Source: Gammaproteobacteria bacterium
Lineage (GTDB): Bacteria; Pseudomonadota; Gammaproteobacteria; Pseudomonadales; Litorivicinaceae
Reading direction: 5' to 3'
DNA: 49,409 nt
Assembly (NCBI GenBank): GCA_009922705.1
Contig: RFUY01000001.1
Coordinates: 1-49,409 of the forward strand
The position numbers were made by a program, and so were the translations under genes. The notes beneath the pieces were generated by a model. It was not told where the DNA came from. It ran no database searches and saw only the letters and a list, made by a program, of their open reading frames with translations. Positions 28,172-38,085 of the stretch are shown here, piece by piece; position 1 is the first letter of the stretch, and each line of letters opens with the position of its first letter.

Positions 28172-29763
28172 TCTGCCAGTAACCAGTCTGCCAATCGTTC
28201 GGCAATCATCACCGTCGGCGCGTGTGTATTGCCGCTCGGGATGGTCGGGAATACAGACGCATCACCCACCCATAGATTGTCGAGTCCGTGCACTTGGAGT
28301 CGTGGTGACACCACGGCGGTTGGATCTGAGGCGACCCCCATTTTTGCGGTGCCGACCGGATGAAAGATGGTTGACGCGATCTGACCAGCGGCGTTGAGAA
28401 ATTCAGCATCAGAGTCGACTTGACGTCCCGGCTTCCACTCTTCAGGCCCAAACTCCGCGAGCAGGGGGTGTTCCATCAGTGCGCGTGTTTGCCGCATCGC
28501 TGCCACTGCGATGGATTGATCGGTTGGATCTGCCAGGTAATTCGGGTCAATGCGTGGTGAGTCAGCGGGATTTGTGGACACCGCGTGGACGGATCCCCTG
28601 CTGTGTGGTCGTAAGTGACAGACACTGGCCGTAATGCCTGGCCAAGGATGCAGTTTGGTTCCGAGTCGCTCGGCCGACAGTGGTTGAATATGAAACTCAA
28701 GATCTGGCCGCTCGGTTGCGGGACTGGAGCAAAAAAAGGCACCGAGCTGACTGGGCGCCATCGAGAGCGGTCCAGAGCGCTTGAGGCCATACTCCAGCGC
28801 CATTGCCAATCGATCCTGCCAACGGTTGGCGCGTTGATTCAAGGTCTCGCCGCGTGCCAGCCGATAGGCCATCCGAAGTTGCAAGTGATCCTGTAAATTC
28901 TGTCCCACACCCGGCAGTGGATGGTGGACTGGGCACTGGCTTAACGCCAGCTGGGCAGGATCACCAATCCCGGAGCGTTCCAGGATGACGGGTGTTGCAA
29001 CGGCGCCTGTCGCGAGGACAATCCGGTCTGCAGTCCACCGCATTGGCCGACCATGACGATGCCCCTGAACTGCGATGATTTGATGACCCGCAAGTTCGAG
29101 GCGGTCAATGACACATCCAGTGTCTAGCGTTAGGTTCGAGCGATGCCGGATCGGGTGCAGAAAGGCCCCTGCGGAGGACAGCCGACGGCCTTTGTTCTGG
29201 TTGACCTCAAAGTAGCCAACTCCGGCGTTTTCACCGCGGTTGAAGTCCGGTTGATCCTGAAAGCCCATGGCTTCGCACGCGGCTTTGAAGGCATCCAGAA
29301 TCGGCCAATGCAAGCGCTGTGACTCGACGCGCAATGGCCCGTCTCCACCATGCGCCTCGTCTGCACCCCGATGATAGTGCTCGGACCGGCGAAAGTAGGG
29401 AAGTACCGCATCCCAAGACCACTCTGGAAGTCCCCAATTGTCATAATCCTGACGTTGTCCACGCATGTAAATCATGCCATTGATCGAGGAGGAGCCCCCC
29501 AACACCCGTCCACGTGGATAGGGCAGGCTCCGATGATGCAGGCGAGGTTGCGGCGTGGTGTGGTAACACCAATCGGTTTTGGGATTGCCCATCGTGTAAA
29601 GATAGCCGATGGGGATGTGGATCCAATGCCAGCGATCGTATCCCCCGGCCTCAAGGAGTCGTACAGTCCGGTGAGGATCTGCTGACAATCGATTGGCAAG
29701 GACACAGCCCGCACTGCCGGCTCCGAGAATGAGGACATCCGTATGCTGGACATCGCCAGTCAT
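28168..29763 (-). CDS. GMC family oxidoreductase (choline dehydrogenase-like)
   Basis: GAGSAG FAD motif, RGRVLGGSSSINGMIY.RG, GQNLQDH, FHPVGT and GNT.APT. Confidence 0.94.
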   Translation of the reverse strand: MTGDVQHTDVLILGAGSAGCVLANRLSADPHRTVRLLEAGGYDRWHWIHIPIGYLYTMGNPKTDWCYHTTPQPRLHHRSLPYPRGRVLGGSSSINGMIYMRGQRQDYDNWGLPEWSWDAVLPYFRRSEHYHRGADEAHGGDGPLRVESQRLHWPILDAFKAACEAMGFQDQPDFNRGENAGVGYFEVNQNKGRRLSSAGAFLHPIRHRSNLTLDTGCVIDRLELAGHQIIAVQGHRHGRPMRWTADRIVLATGAVATPVILERSGIGDPAQLALSQCPVHHPLPGVGQNLQDHLQLRMAYRLARGETLNQRANRWQDRLAMALEYGLKRSGPLSMAPSQLGAFFCSSPATERPDLEFHIQPLSAERLGTKLHPWPGITASVCHLRPHSRGSVHAVSTNPADSPRIDPNYLADPTDQSIAVAAMRQTRALMEHPLLAEFGPEEWKPGRQVDSDAEFLNAAGQIASTIFHPVGTAKMGVASDPTAVVSPRLQVHGLDNLWVGDASVFPTIPSGNTHAPTVMIAERLADWLLAD

Positions 29764-30311
29764 CGCGCGTCCTGTGCCACCGCTTCTGCACGTCCGGTAC
29801 GCAGGTCATACGACACCAGACCCCCAGACTGCGTGAAAAGTCCGGTGACCGCACTGATGGTCACCTGGTGGGTCACCATGACGACGGGTGGCTGATCAAG
29901 AGGCAGTGTCTCTAACCGTTGTTTCAGTGCCTGCAAGGCTTGGTCTCTTGGCGTGTGGCCTTGGAAAAATGAATTGAGACCAGGTTCCTTGATCACGGGC
30001 CCTAACCCGAGGAGCTCGGCGGTTTCCAGACAACGGCACCATTGGCTGGAGTACACCACGGCAGTGTGGAGCCCAGCACTTCGCATCTGCTCACCCAACA
30101 CACGTGCTTGCTGACGTCCGGTCTCATTGAGGATTCGCTGGGTCTCGCAGCGATCGACTTGGAAGTGTTCAGGATCACCGAATCCTGGCGCCAGAGCGTG
30201 CCTCATGAAGAGCACTGTCCCGGATCGAGAAACCGCGGATTCCAGTGAGATCGCGGCGGAGACCAGAGTGGAGCAGAGCAGTGCAGCAGCGATCAGAATA
30301 GCGCGCGTCAT
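29760..30311 (-). CDS. Secreted histidine phosphatase family protein
   Basis: Signal peptide MTRAILIAAALLCSTLVSA, then RHA motif, SSQWCRCLETA and VTHQ. Start at ATG 30311. Confidence 0.87.
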   Translation of the reverse strand: MTRAILIAAALLCSTLVSAAISLESAVSRSGTVLFMRHALAPGFGDPEHFQVDRCETQRILNETGRQQARVLGEQMRSAGLHTAVVYSSQWCRCLETAELLGLGPVIKEPGLNSFFQGHTPRDQALQALKQRLETLPLDQPPVVMVTHQVTISAVTGLFTQSGGLVSYDLRTGRAEAVAQDAR

Positions 30312-30377
30312 AGCGGAACCCTCGGCGAAGATTGAGCCACAGTGTACACTGATTGATCTTTTCTTTCGGAGTTCAGC

Positions 30378-30986
30378 GTGTCGCAAACCGCGTGGTGGAT
30401 TTTTTTGCCAGCCTGCATTGGAATGAATTTTTTTCCAGGGCCGAATAATTTGGTGGCGCTGGTGCATGGAACGGAGAGTAATGCCCTGCGCGCGTCCTTA
30501 GCTGGGCTTGCGCGTCTCCCGGTGATGATTGTGATGCTGGTGTTGTTGGCGGTGGGGCTCGAAGTACTGCTTGCCGCCAGTGCTGAGGCATTCCAATGGA
30601 TTCGGGGCATTGGCGCGGCCTATCTGCTGTGGATGGCATATCGTGCCTTTACCGCGAAGGTCCGCCTTCGCCACGACCGCGATGGCGCAAAAAGTCTCTG
30701 GAAGATGGCTCGGACAGAGGCCTTGATTGCTGGAACTAACCCCAAACTCATTCTGATTTTTTATGCGTTTTTTCCGCAATTTGTGAATCCAGACCAGCCC
30801 GTTGTGCCGCAAATCAGTGTCATGGGTGGAACATTTTTGTTAATCGAGATCGCGGCCATCGCACTCTACGCCTATGGCGGGCAGTGGTTGGCGCGCTTGT
30901 TGTCTGATGAGGGGGGTGCCCGGTGGGTGTCAAGACTCACTGGCATCGCGCTGGCGTCGGCGGCCTGCCTCATCATCTTGCCATAG
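30378..30986 (+). CDS. LysE family translocator
   Basis: PGPNN, GAAYLLW and NPKLILIF.AFFPQF. Confidence 0.9.
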   Translation: MSQTAWWIFLPACIGMNFFPGPNNLVALVHGTESNALRASLAGLARLPVMIVMLVLLAVGLEVLLAASAEAFQWIRGIGAAYLLWMAYRAFTAKVRLRHDRDGAKSLWKMARTEALIAGTNPKLILIFYAFFPQFVNPDQPVVPQISVMGGTFLLIEIAAIALYAYGGQWLARLLSDEGGARWVSRLTGIALASAACLIILP

Positions 30987-30994
30987 GAGAGTCC

Positions 30995-31873
30995 ATGTCA
31001 CGGTACTTGTTTGGCACCCTGATCATGGTGTGCGGCGTCCTTATCTTATCGCCAGACTCGGCGACGCTCCGCAAGATCGGTGGAGACCCCTGGGTCGTCT
31101 CATTTTGGCGGGGGATTGGGATCTGCTCGGTGATTTGGTTGCTCGCGCTACTCAGCGATGCGCGAGGTTGGTGGCAACAGTTGCGTCATCCAGGGTGGAC
31201 CGGTGCTGCGATCGTGGTGACCTTTGGGCTGTCACAAATTAGTTTCGTGCTGGCTGTGACCTATTTGGGCGCACCCACGGTTCTGGTGTTGGTGTCGACA
31301 ACGCCTCTGGCCAGTGCGGTGGCCAGTTGGCTGCTGTTTCGTGAGCGCACCGATGGGCCGCTCTGGTGCGCGATCATGGCCGGCGTGGTTGGTGCCAGTA
31401 TCGCTGGGAGTGGGCTGACGCAGGAGGTGCCTTGGATTGGTTGGCTCGGGGCGTTTGGGGTGCCCACACTGATGGGGGTGGGATTAAGTCTGACGCGCGC
31501 CTTTGCGGGTGAACGCATCTGGCCGTTGTATGGATTGTCCAGTGGCTTGGGGGCGTTAGCGATTGGTCTGGTGATTCCAGTGTTCGCAGTCCCGGCCGGT
31601 AGCGAGTGGTGGATGGTGTTCAACGCCTGTATCGTCGTGCCACTCTCGTTTGCGCTGATCACAATTGCGCCACGCTATTTACCAGCACCTGAGGTCGGTT
31701 TGTATTTGTTGCTGGAAACGCTGATCGGTCCCATTTTTGTCTGGTTCTTGGTGGGCGAATCGCCGACCACGCGTGATTTCCTGGGCGGCGCTATTTTACT
31801 GACGGCGCTGTCGAGTTTGTTTATTTATCGGATGCTACAAGAGCGGGCTCGCAAGGTGGGTGTCAGCCCATGA
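30995..31873 (+). CDS. DMT/EamA family transporter
   Basis: About 10 TM segments; LSPDS and PRYLPAPEVGL..LLET..GP; AGGAG SD. Confidence 0.88.
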   Translation: MSRYLFGTLIMVCGVLILSPDSATLRKIGGDPWVVSFWRGIGICSVIWLLALLSDARGWWQQLRHPGWTGAAIVVTFGLSQISFVLAVTYLGAPTVLVLVSTTPLASAVASWLLFRERTDGPLWCAIMAGVVGASIAGSGLTQEVPWIGWLGAFGVPTLMGVGLSLTRAFAGERIWPLYGLSSGLGALAIGLVIPVFAVPAGSEWWMVFNACIVVPLSFALITIAPRYLPAPEVGLYLLLETLIGPIFVWFLVGESPTTRDFLGGAILLTALSSLFIYRMLQERARKVGVSP

Positions 31874-32814
31874 TGTTGGTTGTGCTCACTGCGATTGTCC
31901 CGCTGGCCTGCGTCCTCTGTTTTGGGACCTGGATGAAAGCGCGCGGCATGGTACCGGACGAGTTTTGGCGAGGCTTGGAGTGGGTCAGCTACTGGGTACT
32001 GATGCCAGCATTATTGGTGTCAGTCATTATGCGGGCTCCCGATTTATCGGTCCCTTGGGCCGGCCTTTTGACTGCGCTCTACGGCACCTTAGCGCTCCTC
32101 TCTGGAGTTGTCTGGTTAGGGTGGAAACTTGGTCTCCGTCACCAAGGATTTCCGCGCCTGACGTCGCTCTACCAAGGGGTGATCCGGTTTAACACATTTA
32201 TTGCGTTGGCGCTGATGGCGGGCTTGGACCGTACCTTGCTGTCGCATGTGGCGATTGCCGCAGCCTGCTTAATTGTGGTGATCAATGTGCTGTGCGTCAG
32301 CGTTCTTTCGATGCAAGGGGCGACGTCCGGTGCACCTTCACGGATCACCCGTGAGCTGTCGCGCAATCCGCTGGTTCTGGGCTGTTTGCTAGGTGCCCTG
32401 TTACGGCAGATTGGGGTGTCGGGTGAGTCCGTTCTTGGTGAAAGCCTTCGTCTGTTAGGGCAAGCTGCATTGCCCATGGGAATTTTAGTGTTAGGGGCGG
32501 GTCTTCAGGCGGATGCCATGCGGCGCGCACTGCCAACGACGGGGTTGAGCCTCCTGTTGCAATTCATCATAAAACCGTTGATTGGCATGGCTTTGGCGTT
32601 GGCTGTCGGGCTTGATCCCACCTGGAGCTTGGTCGTTTTGATCTTGTTTTTGGTGCCCACAGCACCGTCTAGTTATATTTTGGCGAAGCAGTTGGGTGGT
32701 GACGCCCCTGCGATGGCGGCCATTGTGGCGAGCCAAACGGTCTTGGCAATGGTGACGATTCCGGTGACGTTATTGATCGCCGCGTCGTTGGGGGTGATTC
32801 GTCTTGGTCTCTAG
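31870..32814 (+). CDS. AEC (auxin efflux carrier) family transporter
   Basis: YWVLMPALL, QGVIRFNT, NPLVLG and PTAPSSYILAKQLGGDA. Confidence 0.9.
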   Translation: MMLVVLTAIVPLACVLCFGTWMKARGMVPDEFWRGLEWVSYWVLMPALLVSVIMRAPDLSVPWAGLLTALYGTLALLSGVVWLGWKLGLRHQGFPRLTSLYQGVIRFNTFIALALMAGLDRTLLSHVAIAAACLIVVINVLCVSVLSMQGATSGAPSRITRELSRNPLVLGCLLGALLRQIGVSGESVLGESLRLLGQAALPMGILVLGAGLQADAMRRALPTTGLSLLLQFIIKPLIGMALALAVGLDPTWSLVVLILFLVPTAPSSYILAKQLGGDAPAMAAIVASQTVLAMVTIPVTLLIAASLGVIRLGL

Positions 32815-34018
32815 AACGGCTGATTTGGTCATCGTGGGCGGAGGCATCGTTGGATTGACCTTGGCTGACACTTGGCGCCAACGTCACCCAACTGCCCGGA
32901 TCGTGATCTTCGAAAAGGAAGCCAGTTCCATCGCGCATGGGACGGGTCGTAACTCAGGGGTGCTGCATTCAGGCATTTATTACGGGTCTGGCAGCCTGCG
33001 CGCGCGTCTTTGTGTGGAAGGGCAGGCGCTGATGAAGGCCTATGCAGAAACCCATGGGCTCTGGCTCGATCCCTGCGGAAAATTGTTGGTGCCAACCTCT
33101 GAGTCCGCCCTCCAGACATTACCGCTCCTTCTCGAGCGTGGTCAGGCGAACGGTGTGACTGTCGAGCGTGTCGATCGACAGACCATGCTGGCGTTAGAGC
33201 CTCGCGTGGAAACCCGCTATGGGGAAGCGCTTTGGATCGCATCAACCTCGGTCGTGAATCCGAAGGAGATCGCTGTCCATCTTGCGACACGGTTGGCGAA
33301 TGCGGGGGTCTCGTTACGGTATTCGACACCCGTGCTGGGTATGTCTGGGCGACAGGTCACCACGCCTGAGGGGGTGATTGAAGCGGGTGTAGTTGTGAAT
33401 GCCGCCGGATTGTATGCAGATCGCGTGGCAACAGCGGCTGGATTACAGCTTCTCTATAGTTTTCAGCCATTTAAAGGGAAATATTGGATGCACCGCGACC
33501 CGGCATTCCGCTTGCGTCGATTGGTGTACCCGATTCCAGATCTGAATCTCCCATTTCTTGGTGTACACACTGCCCATAATGCACAGGGGCAGGTATTTTT
33601 TGGCCCCAGTTCGACACCAATTCTTGGACGCGAAAACTACCGTGGTCTGGCTGGGATTGAGTTGGGTGAGGGGGTGCGGTTAGCGCTGGGTCTCGCCAAA
33701 AAACTGCTGTTGAACACAAATGGGCTGCGACAGCTTGCCTGGCGGGAGGCAAAACTCCTGACCAAGGCGGGAGTCGCGTCGGAGTTAGCCGGATTGATTC
33801 GTGGTGTGGCGCCGTCGGACTTTTCCGAGAGTCTTGCAAAAGTTGGGATTCGGTCGCAAATCTTTGATCCAAAGGCGAAGCAATTGGTGAATGATTTTGT
33901 CATTTTGGAACAGGACGGGGCAGTGCATATACTGAACGCAATCAGTCCCGCATTCACGGCGAGTTTTGCGTTTGCGCGATATGTAAGTGATCAATTTTTA
34001 ACAACGACTCTGCGATAA
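32804..34018 (+). CDS. lhgO: L-2-hydroxyglutarate oxidase family flavoprotein
   Basis: GGGIVG, H.TGRNSGVLHSGIYY, NAAGLYAD, LVYP.PD...PFLGVH, GIRSQ and NA.SPA.T; TTG start overlaps the AEC gene. Confidence 0.88.
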   Translation: MVSRTADLVIVGGGIVGLTLADTWRQRHPTARIVIFEKEASSIAHGTGRNSGVLHSGIYYGSGSLRARLCVEGQALMKAYAETHGLWLDPCGKLLVPTSESALQTLPLLLERGQANGVTVERVDRQTMLALEPRVETRYGEALWIASTSVVNPKEIAVHLATRLANAGVSLRYSTPVLGMSGRQVTTPEGVIEAGVVVNAAGLYADRVATAAGLQLLYSFQPFKGKYWMHRDPAFRLRRLVYPIPDLNLPFLGVHTAHNAQGQVFFGPSSTPILGRENYRGLAGIELGEGVRLALGLAKKLLLNTNGLRQLAWREAKLLTKAGVASELAGLIRGVAPSDFSESLAKVGIRSQIFDPKAKQLVNDFVILEQDGAVHILNAISPAFTASFAFARYVSDQFLTTTLR

Positions 34019-34034
34019 AGAGAAGGACATACGC

Positions 34035-34823
34035 ATGGATTTTGGATTGAAAGGTCGGGTTGCCTTGGTACTCGGTGCCTCGCAGGGCTTAGGGGCCGCA
34101 TCGGCACAGGCACTGGCCGCTGAGGGTGCGCACGTTGTGGTGGCCGCGCGCCGATTGGATGCATTGCAGACTGTGGTGGGTGATATTGTTGCCGCTGGCG
34201 GATCTGCCGAAGCGCTTCAATGCGATTTGGGCGACGCAGCCTCTCGAAAAGTGGTCATGGACTGGATTGCTCAGACGCCCCGCCTCGATATCCTTGTGGC
34301 GAATTCAGGGGGCCCAAAGCCTGGCCCCGCCCCGGGGATCTCAAGCGACACATGGCGGAGCGAATTCGAGTCCATGGTTGTCGGTCTGATTGAACTGATC
34401 GATGCGGCTGTGGTGCCAATGCGTGCAGCAGGATTTGGACGCATTCTTGCAATCGGCTCTTCAGGGATGTCGATCCCAATTCCGCATCTTGCGGTCTCAA
34501 ACACGCTCCGATCGGCGGTGGGTGGTTACATGAAAAGCCTTGCCGAACAGGTAGCATCTGACGGAATCACCTGTAATATGGTCTTACCGGGTCGGATTGA
34601 GACGGCTCGGACACAACAAATTGATGCGTTAACTGCGCAAAAACTGGGAGTGAGTGTCGCGGAGGTGCATGCCAAGTCCGCCGCCTCGATCCCAGCTGGG
34701 CGTTATGGACAACCCCAGGAATTGGCGGCGGTGGTTGCCTTTTTGGCGAGTGAGCAAGCGGCTTACGTCACCGGTAGCCACGTGCGTGTCGATGGAGGAT
34801 TTATCCGAAATATCCATACCTAG
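34035..34823 (+). CDS. SDR family oxidoreductase (atypical active site, SN..R type)
   Basis: GASQGLG, NSGGP, LAVSNTLR in place of YxxxK, PGRI.T.R and VDGG. Confidence 0.9.
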   Translation: MDFGLKGRVALVLGASQGLGAASAQALAAEGAHVVVAARRLDALQTVVGDIVAAGGSAEALQCDLGDAASRKVVMDWIAQTPRLDILVANSGGPKPGPAPGISSDTWRSEFESMVVGLIELIDAAVVPMRAAGFGRILAIGSSGMSIPIPHLAVSNTLRSAVGGYMKSLAEQVASDGITCNMVLPGRIETARTQQIDALTAQKLGVSVAEVHAKSAASIPAGRYGQPQELAAVVAFLASEQAAYVTGSHVRVDGGFIRNIHT

Positions 34824-34871
34824 CCAAGGACGGCAGTTATCCGAAAAGAAAAACTTGAGGAGAATAAGAAT

Positions 34872-35888
34872 ATGAAACGTCGTTCCGTACTGCTGGCTTC
34901 TGCCAGCATTTTCACTGCATCGTTTGCGCTGTCTACAGCCGCGGTTGGTGCTGACCAGGATTACATCTTGGCGACCGCGTCAACGGGCGGAACCTATTAT
35001 CCAGTTGGCGTTGCGATCTCGACCCTTGCCAAGGTGAAGCTTCAACCCAAACACAAATTCAGTGTCTCTGCGATCAGCTCAGCGGGCTCTGGAGAAAACA
35101 TCCGCTTACTGCGCGAAAATGAAGCGCAATTTGCGATTCTGCAGGGACTGTTTGGTTACTACGCAGCCTCTGGAACCGGCCCATTAGCGAATGACGGGCC
35201 ACAGCCCTACATTCGGTCGGTGTCGATGTTGTGGCAGAACGTTGAACATTTTTTGGTCTCCGCTGACTTGGCGAAAACCGGGACGGCTGATGACCTGCTT
35301 GGGTTGAAAGGCAAAACCGTTGCAATGGGTGCGAAGAATTCGGGAACCATTGGCTCTAATGGGCATTTATTGGGTGGATTAGGCGTCGATCTCGATAAGG
35401 ACGTGGAACATTACTATGCGGGCTATGGTCCATCAGCCGATGCCTTGCAAAATGGGCAGGTCGCGGGTGCAGGAATCGCAGCAGGGGTTCCTGCCAGTGC
35501 TGTCACCAAATTGATGGCCTCGGGCGCTGATAAGGTGAGACTCCTGACCTTTACGGCAGATCAAATCACGCGTGCGGACGATGGTGCAAACCTGTGGACA
35601 GCGTTTGAGATCCCTGCAGGCACGTATCCGAATCAAACGCAGGCGGTCACCACCTTGGCACAGCCAAACTTTCTCGCGACTCATGAAAACATCAGTGAAG
35701 AGCATGTGTATTTGCTGACCAAAGCCATCTACGAGAACCTTCCGTTTTTGAACGCAATTCACCCTGCGACGAAAGCCATGGCGATCGAAAAGGCGATTTC
35801 AGGATTACCGGCTCCATTGCATCCCGGTGCGGCGAAGTTCTATCAGGAGCAGGGGATTAATATCCCAACTCGATTGATCGCCAAGTAG
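34872..35888 (+). CDS. TAXI family TRAP transporter solute-binding protein
   Basis: Signal peptide, ATASTGGTYYPVG, SAGSGEN, SGT and PLHPGA.KFY. Confidence 0.94.
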   Translation: MKRRSVLLASASIFTASFALSTAAVGADQDYILATASTGGTYYPVGVAISTLAKVKLQPKHKFSVSAISSAGSGENIRLLRENEAQFAILQGLFGYYAASGTGPLANDGPQPYIRSVSMLWQNVEHFLVSADLAKTGTADDLLGLKGKTVAMGAKNSGTIGSNGHLLGGLGVDLDKDVEHYYAGYGPSADALQNGQVAGAGIAAGVPASAVTKLMASGADKVRLLTFTADQITRADDGANLWTAFEIPAGTYPNQTQAVTTLAQPNFLATHENISEEHVYLLTKAIYENLPFLNAIHPATKAMAIEKAISGLPAPLHPGAAKFYQEQGINIPTRLIAK

Positions 35889-35889
35889 C

Positions 35890-37989
35890 ATGCAGTCAAA
35901 CCAAGCATCATCGATTCGATGGATCGATGATGCCTTTACGGCGAGGCCTGCACCGTCTTGGGTGCGGGTCACTGCATTCGCCCTGGCGCTCGGGATGGCG
36001 TTATTCCATCTGGCCGTCGCCTGGGTGCCCTTTGTTTCTGATTTTGAACGGAATACTCTGCATTTTGCTGGCTTTGCATTGCTTTGTGCGATGGTCTTCC
36101 CAGCACGCATTGGAGCACTGTCGACGCCTTCACTGATTGCGGATCTGTTATTCGCCGCTGTCGTGGCTGGCGCAGCGGTCTATCTTGCGCAGGCAGAAGA
36201 TGCCATCTATGCCCGCGGTGTTCGCTTATCCACCTTGGATTGGTGTGCGGGCGTGATCGTCATTTTGGGTGCGATCGAATACGCGCGCAGGGTCTCTGGG
36301 TGGATTATCCCGTGCTTGATCCTATTGGCACTGGCGTACGTCGCATTTCTAGGCCAATACGTGCCTGGCATTTTTCGGTTTGGTGGGCTTTCCCTTGAGT
36401 CTGTGTTGTTTCGGTCCGTCTATGGCGATGATGCACTGTTTGGAACAATCGCAAGTATTTCATCAACCTATGTCTTTTTATTTATCATTTTTGGCGCCTT
36501 TTTGACCCAGTCAGGGGCGGGCGACTTTGTGATCAATATTGCTCGGATTGTCGCGGGTCATATTCGCGGTGGTCCTGGCATTGTGGCGGTGATTGCGTCA
36601 GGCTTGACCGGAACAATCAACGGGTCGGCTGTTGCAAATACAGCATCCACCGGCGTCATCACGATCCCAATGATGAAAAAGGCGGGTTTTGATCCTAAGT
36701 TCGCGGCCGCTGTCGAAGCCGCCGCCTCCACTGGTGGGCAACTGATGCCACCGATCATGGGTGCAGGGGCCTTTGTGATGGCGTCCTACACGCAAATTCC
36801 GTACGAGCAGATTGCGATTGCTGCCTTTGTGCCGGCGCTGCTGTATTTCGCATCTGTGGCGATCTTTGTGCGGATCGAAGCAATGAAATTGGCAATCGTA
36901 CAGTTTGACGACACCGAGGCACCAACGCTGCGGGAGACCTTTGTGCAGGGTGGTCTCACCTTCGTGCTGCCGATTGGCGTGGTTGTGTGGATGCTGATCG
37001 ATGGCTTTACCCCGACCTATTCAGCGGTGGCTGGGATTGCGACAGTGGTGGCCTCAAGCTGGTTGGGTCCACGTCGCATGGGTGTGGTTGAGGTGATCAA
37101 TGCTCTGGCCATTGGTGCACGAAATATGGTGTTGACCGCGGTCTTGCTGTGCGCTGTTGGATTGATGATCAATGTGATTGCCACAGCCGGGATCGGCAAT
37201 ACGTTTTCGATGATGATCATGGATTGGTCTGACGGCAATCTCCTCATTGCGATGGTGCTTGTCGCGGTTGCCTCCCTCGTGCTGGGCATGGGATTGCCTG
37301 TCACCGCAGCGTACATTGTGCTTGCGACCTTAAGTGCGCCAGCCTTAGCCGGGCTCATTGCGAATGAGGCTCTGATTTCGACACTGGTGTTCGGTGTTTC
37401 AGAGGAGTTGGCGGCAGTCGTCTCTTTTGTGCTGCCAACCTATGAGCCGGGTCTCGACCGAGACGCTGTTCGCGCCCTCATTCAGGCAGCACCCGTCGAG
37501 ACGCTGGGTGTGTTGCGGGACACCTTATTGTCGCCTGAGAGTCTTGCAGCCGCCTTGCTCGCCGGTCATATGATTGTGTTTTGGCTCAGTCAGGATTCGA
37601 ACGTCACTCCGCCGGTCTGTTTGGCGGCCTTTACCGGTGCTGCGATCGCAGGATCCTCGCCAATGCGGACTGGATTGACGAGTTGGAAGATCGCCAAAGG
37701 GCTCTACATCGTGCCACTGCTCTTTGCGTATACGCCGATTCTCACCGCGCCCTGGGCGCAAGTTTTACAGATTGGCCTGTGCGCGTTATGCGGTATCTAC
37801 GGTCTGGCTGCAGCCCTGCAGGGTGCCACTGAACGTCCGATTGGGATTGGCTTACGTGTCGCACTCGGTCTCTTTGGGGGTGCGGCCTTATGGCCAGAGG
37901 CGCCCGTGGCTTGGCTTGGCGCTGCGGGAGTCATACTTATGACGGCGATCTCGGTGATGACCGCGCGTTGGCGTCATCAGAAAGCCTGA
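35890..37989 (+). CDS. TRAP transporter fused 4TM/12TM permease (TAXI type)
   Basis: GSAVAN, EAAASTGGQLMPPIMGAGAFVMA, LGMGLPVTAAY and S.VTPPV. Confidence 0.94.
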   Translation: MQSNQASSIRWIDDAFTARPAPSWVRVTAFALALGMALFHLAVAWVPFVSDFERNTLHFAGFALLCAMVFPARIGALSTPSLIADLLFAAVVAGAAVYLAQAEDAIYARGVRLSTLDWCAGVIVILGAIEYARRVSGWIIPCLILLALAYVAFLGQYVPGIFRFGGLSLESVLFRSVYGDDALFGTIASISSTYVFLFIIFGAFLTQSGAGDFVINIARIVAGHIRGGPGIVAVIASGLTGTINGSAVANTASTGVITIPMMKKAGFDPKFAAAVEAAASTGGQLMPPIMGAGAFVMASYTQIPYEQIAIAAFVPALLYFASVAIFVRIEAMKLAIVQFDDTEAPTLRETFVQGGLTFVLPIGVVVWMLIDGFTPTYSAVAGIATVVASSWLGPRRMGVVEVINALAIGARNMVLTAVLLCAVGLMINVIATAGIGNTFSMMIMDWSDGNLLIAMVLVAVASLVLGMGLPVTAAYIVLATLSAPALAGLIANEALISTLVFGVSEELAAVVSFVLPTYEPGLDRDAVRALIQAAPVETLGVLRDTLLSPESLAAALLAGHMIVFWLSQDSNVTPPVCLAAFTGAAIAGSSPMRTGLTSWKIAKGLYIVPLLFAYTPILTAPWAQVLQIGLCALCGIYGLAAALQGATERPIGIGLRVALGLFGGAALWPEAPVAWLGAAGVILMTAISVMTARWRHQKA

Positions 37990-38019
37990 TACACTCGGAT
38001 TTTTTTACAGGAGACTCTC

Positions 38020-38082
38020 ATGCGTTTCGTCATGCTGTTGTGCGTAGCCCTATCTCTGTCTGGATGTATTTCGTTGTTCTAA
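38020..38082 (+). CDS. Minimal lipoprotein/lipopeptide precursor (20 aa, MRFVMLLCVALSLSGCISLF)
   Basis: AGGAG SD 6 nt before ATG; basic n-region, hydrophobic h-region, lipobox LSGC; TAA lies 3 nt before the DUF3422 ATG. Not in the ORF track. Confidence 0.6.
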   Translation: MRFVMLLCVALSLSGCISLF

Positions 38083-38085
38083 TGT

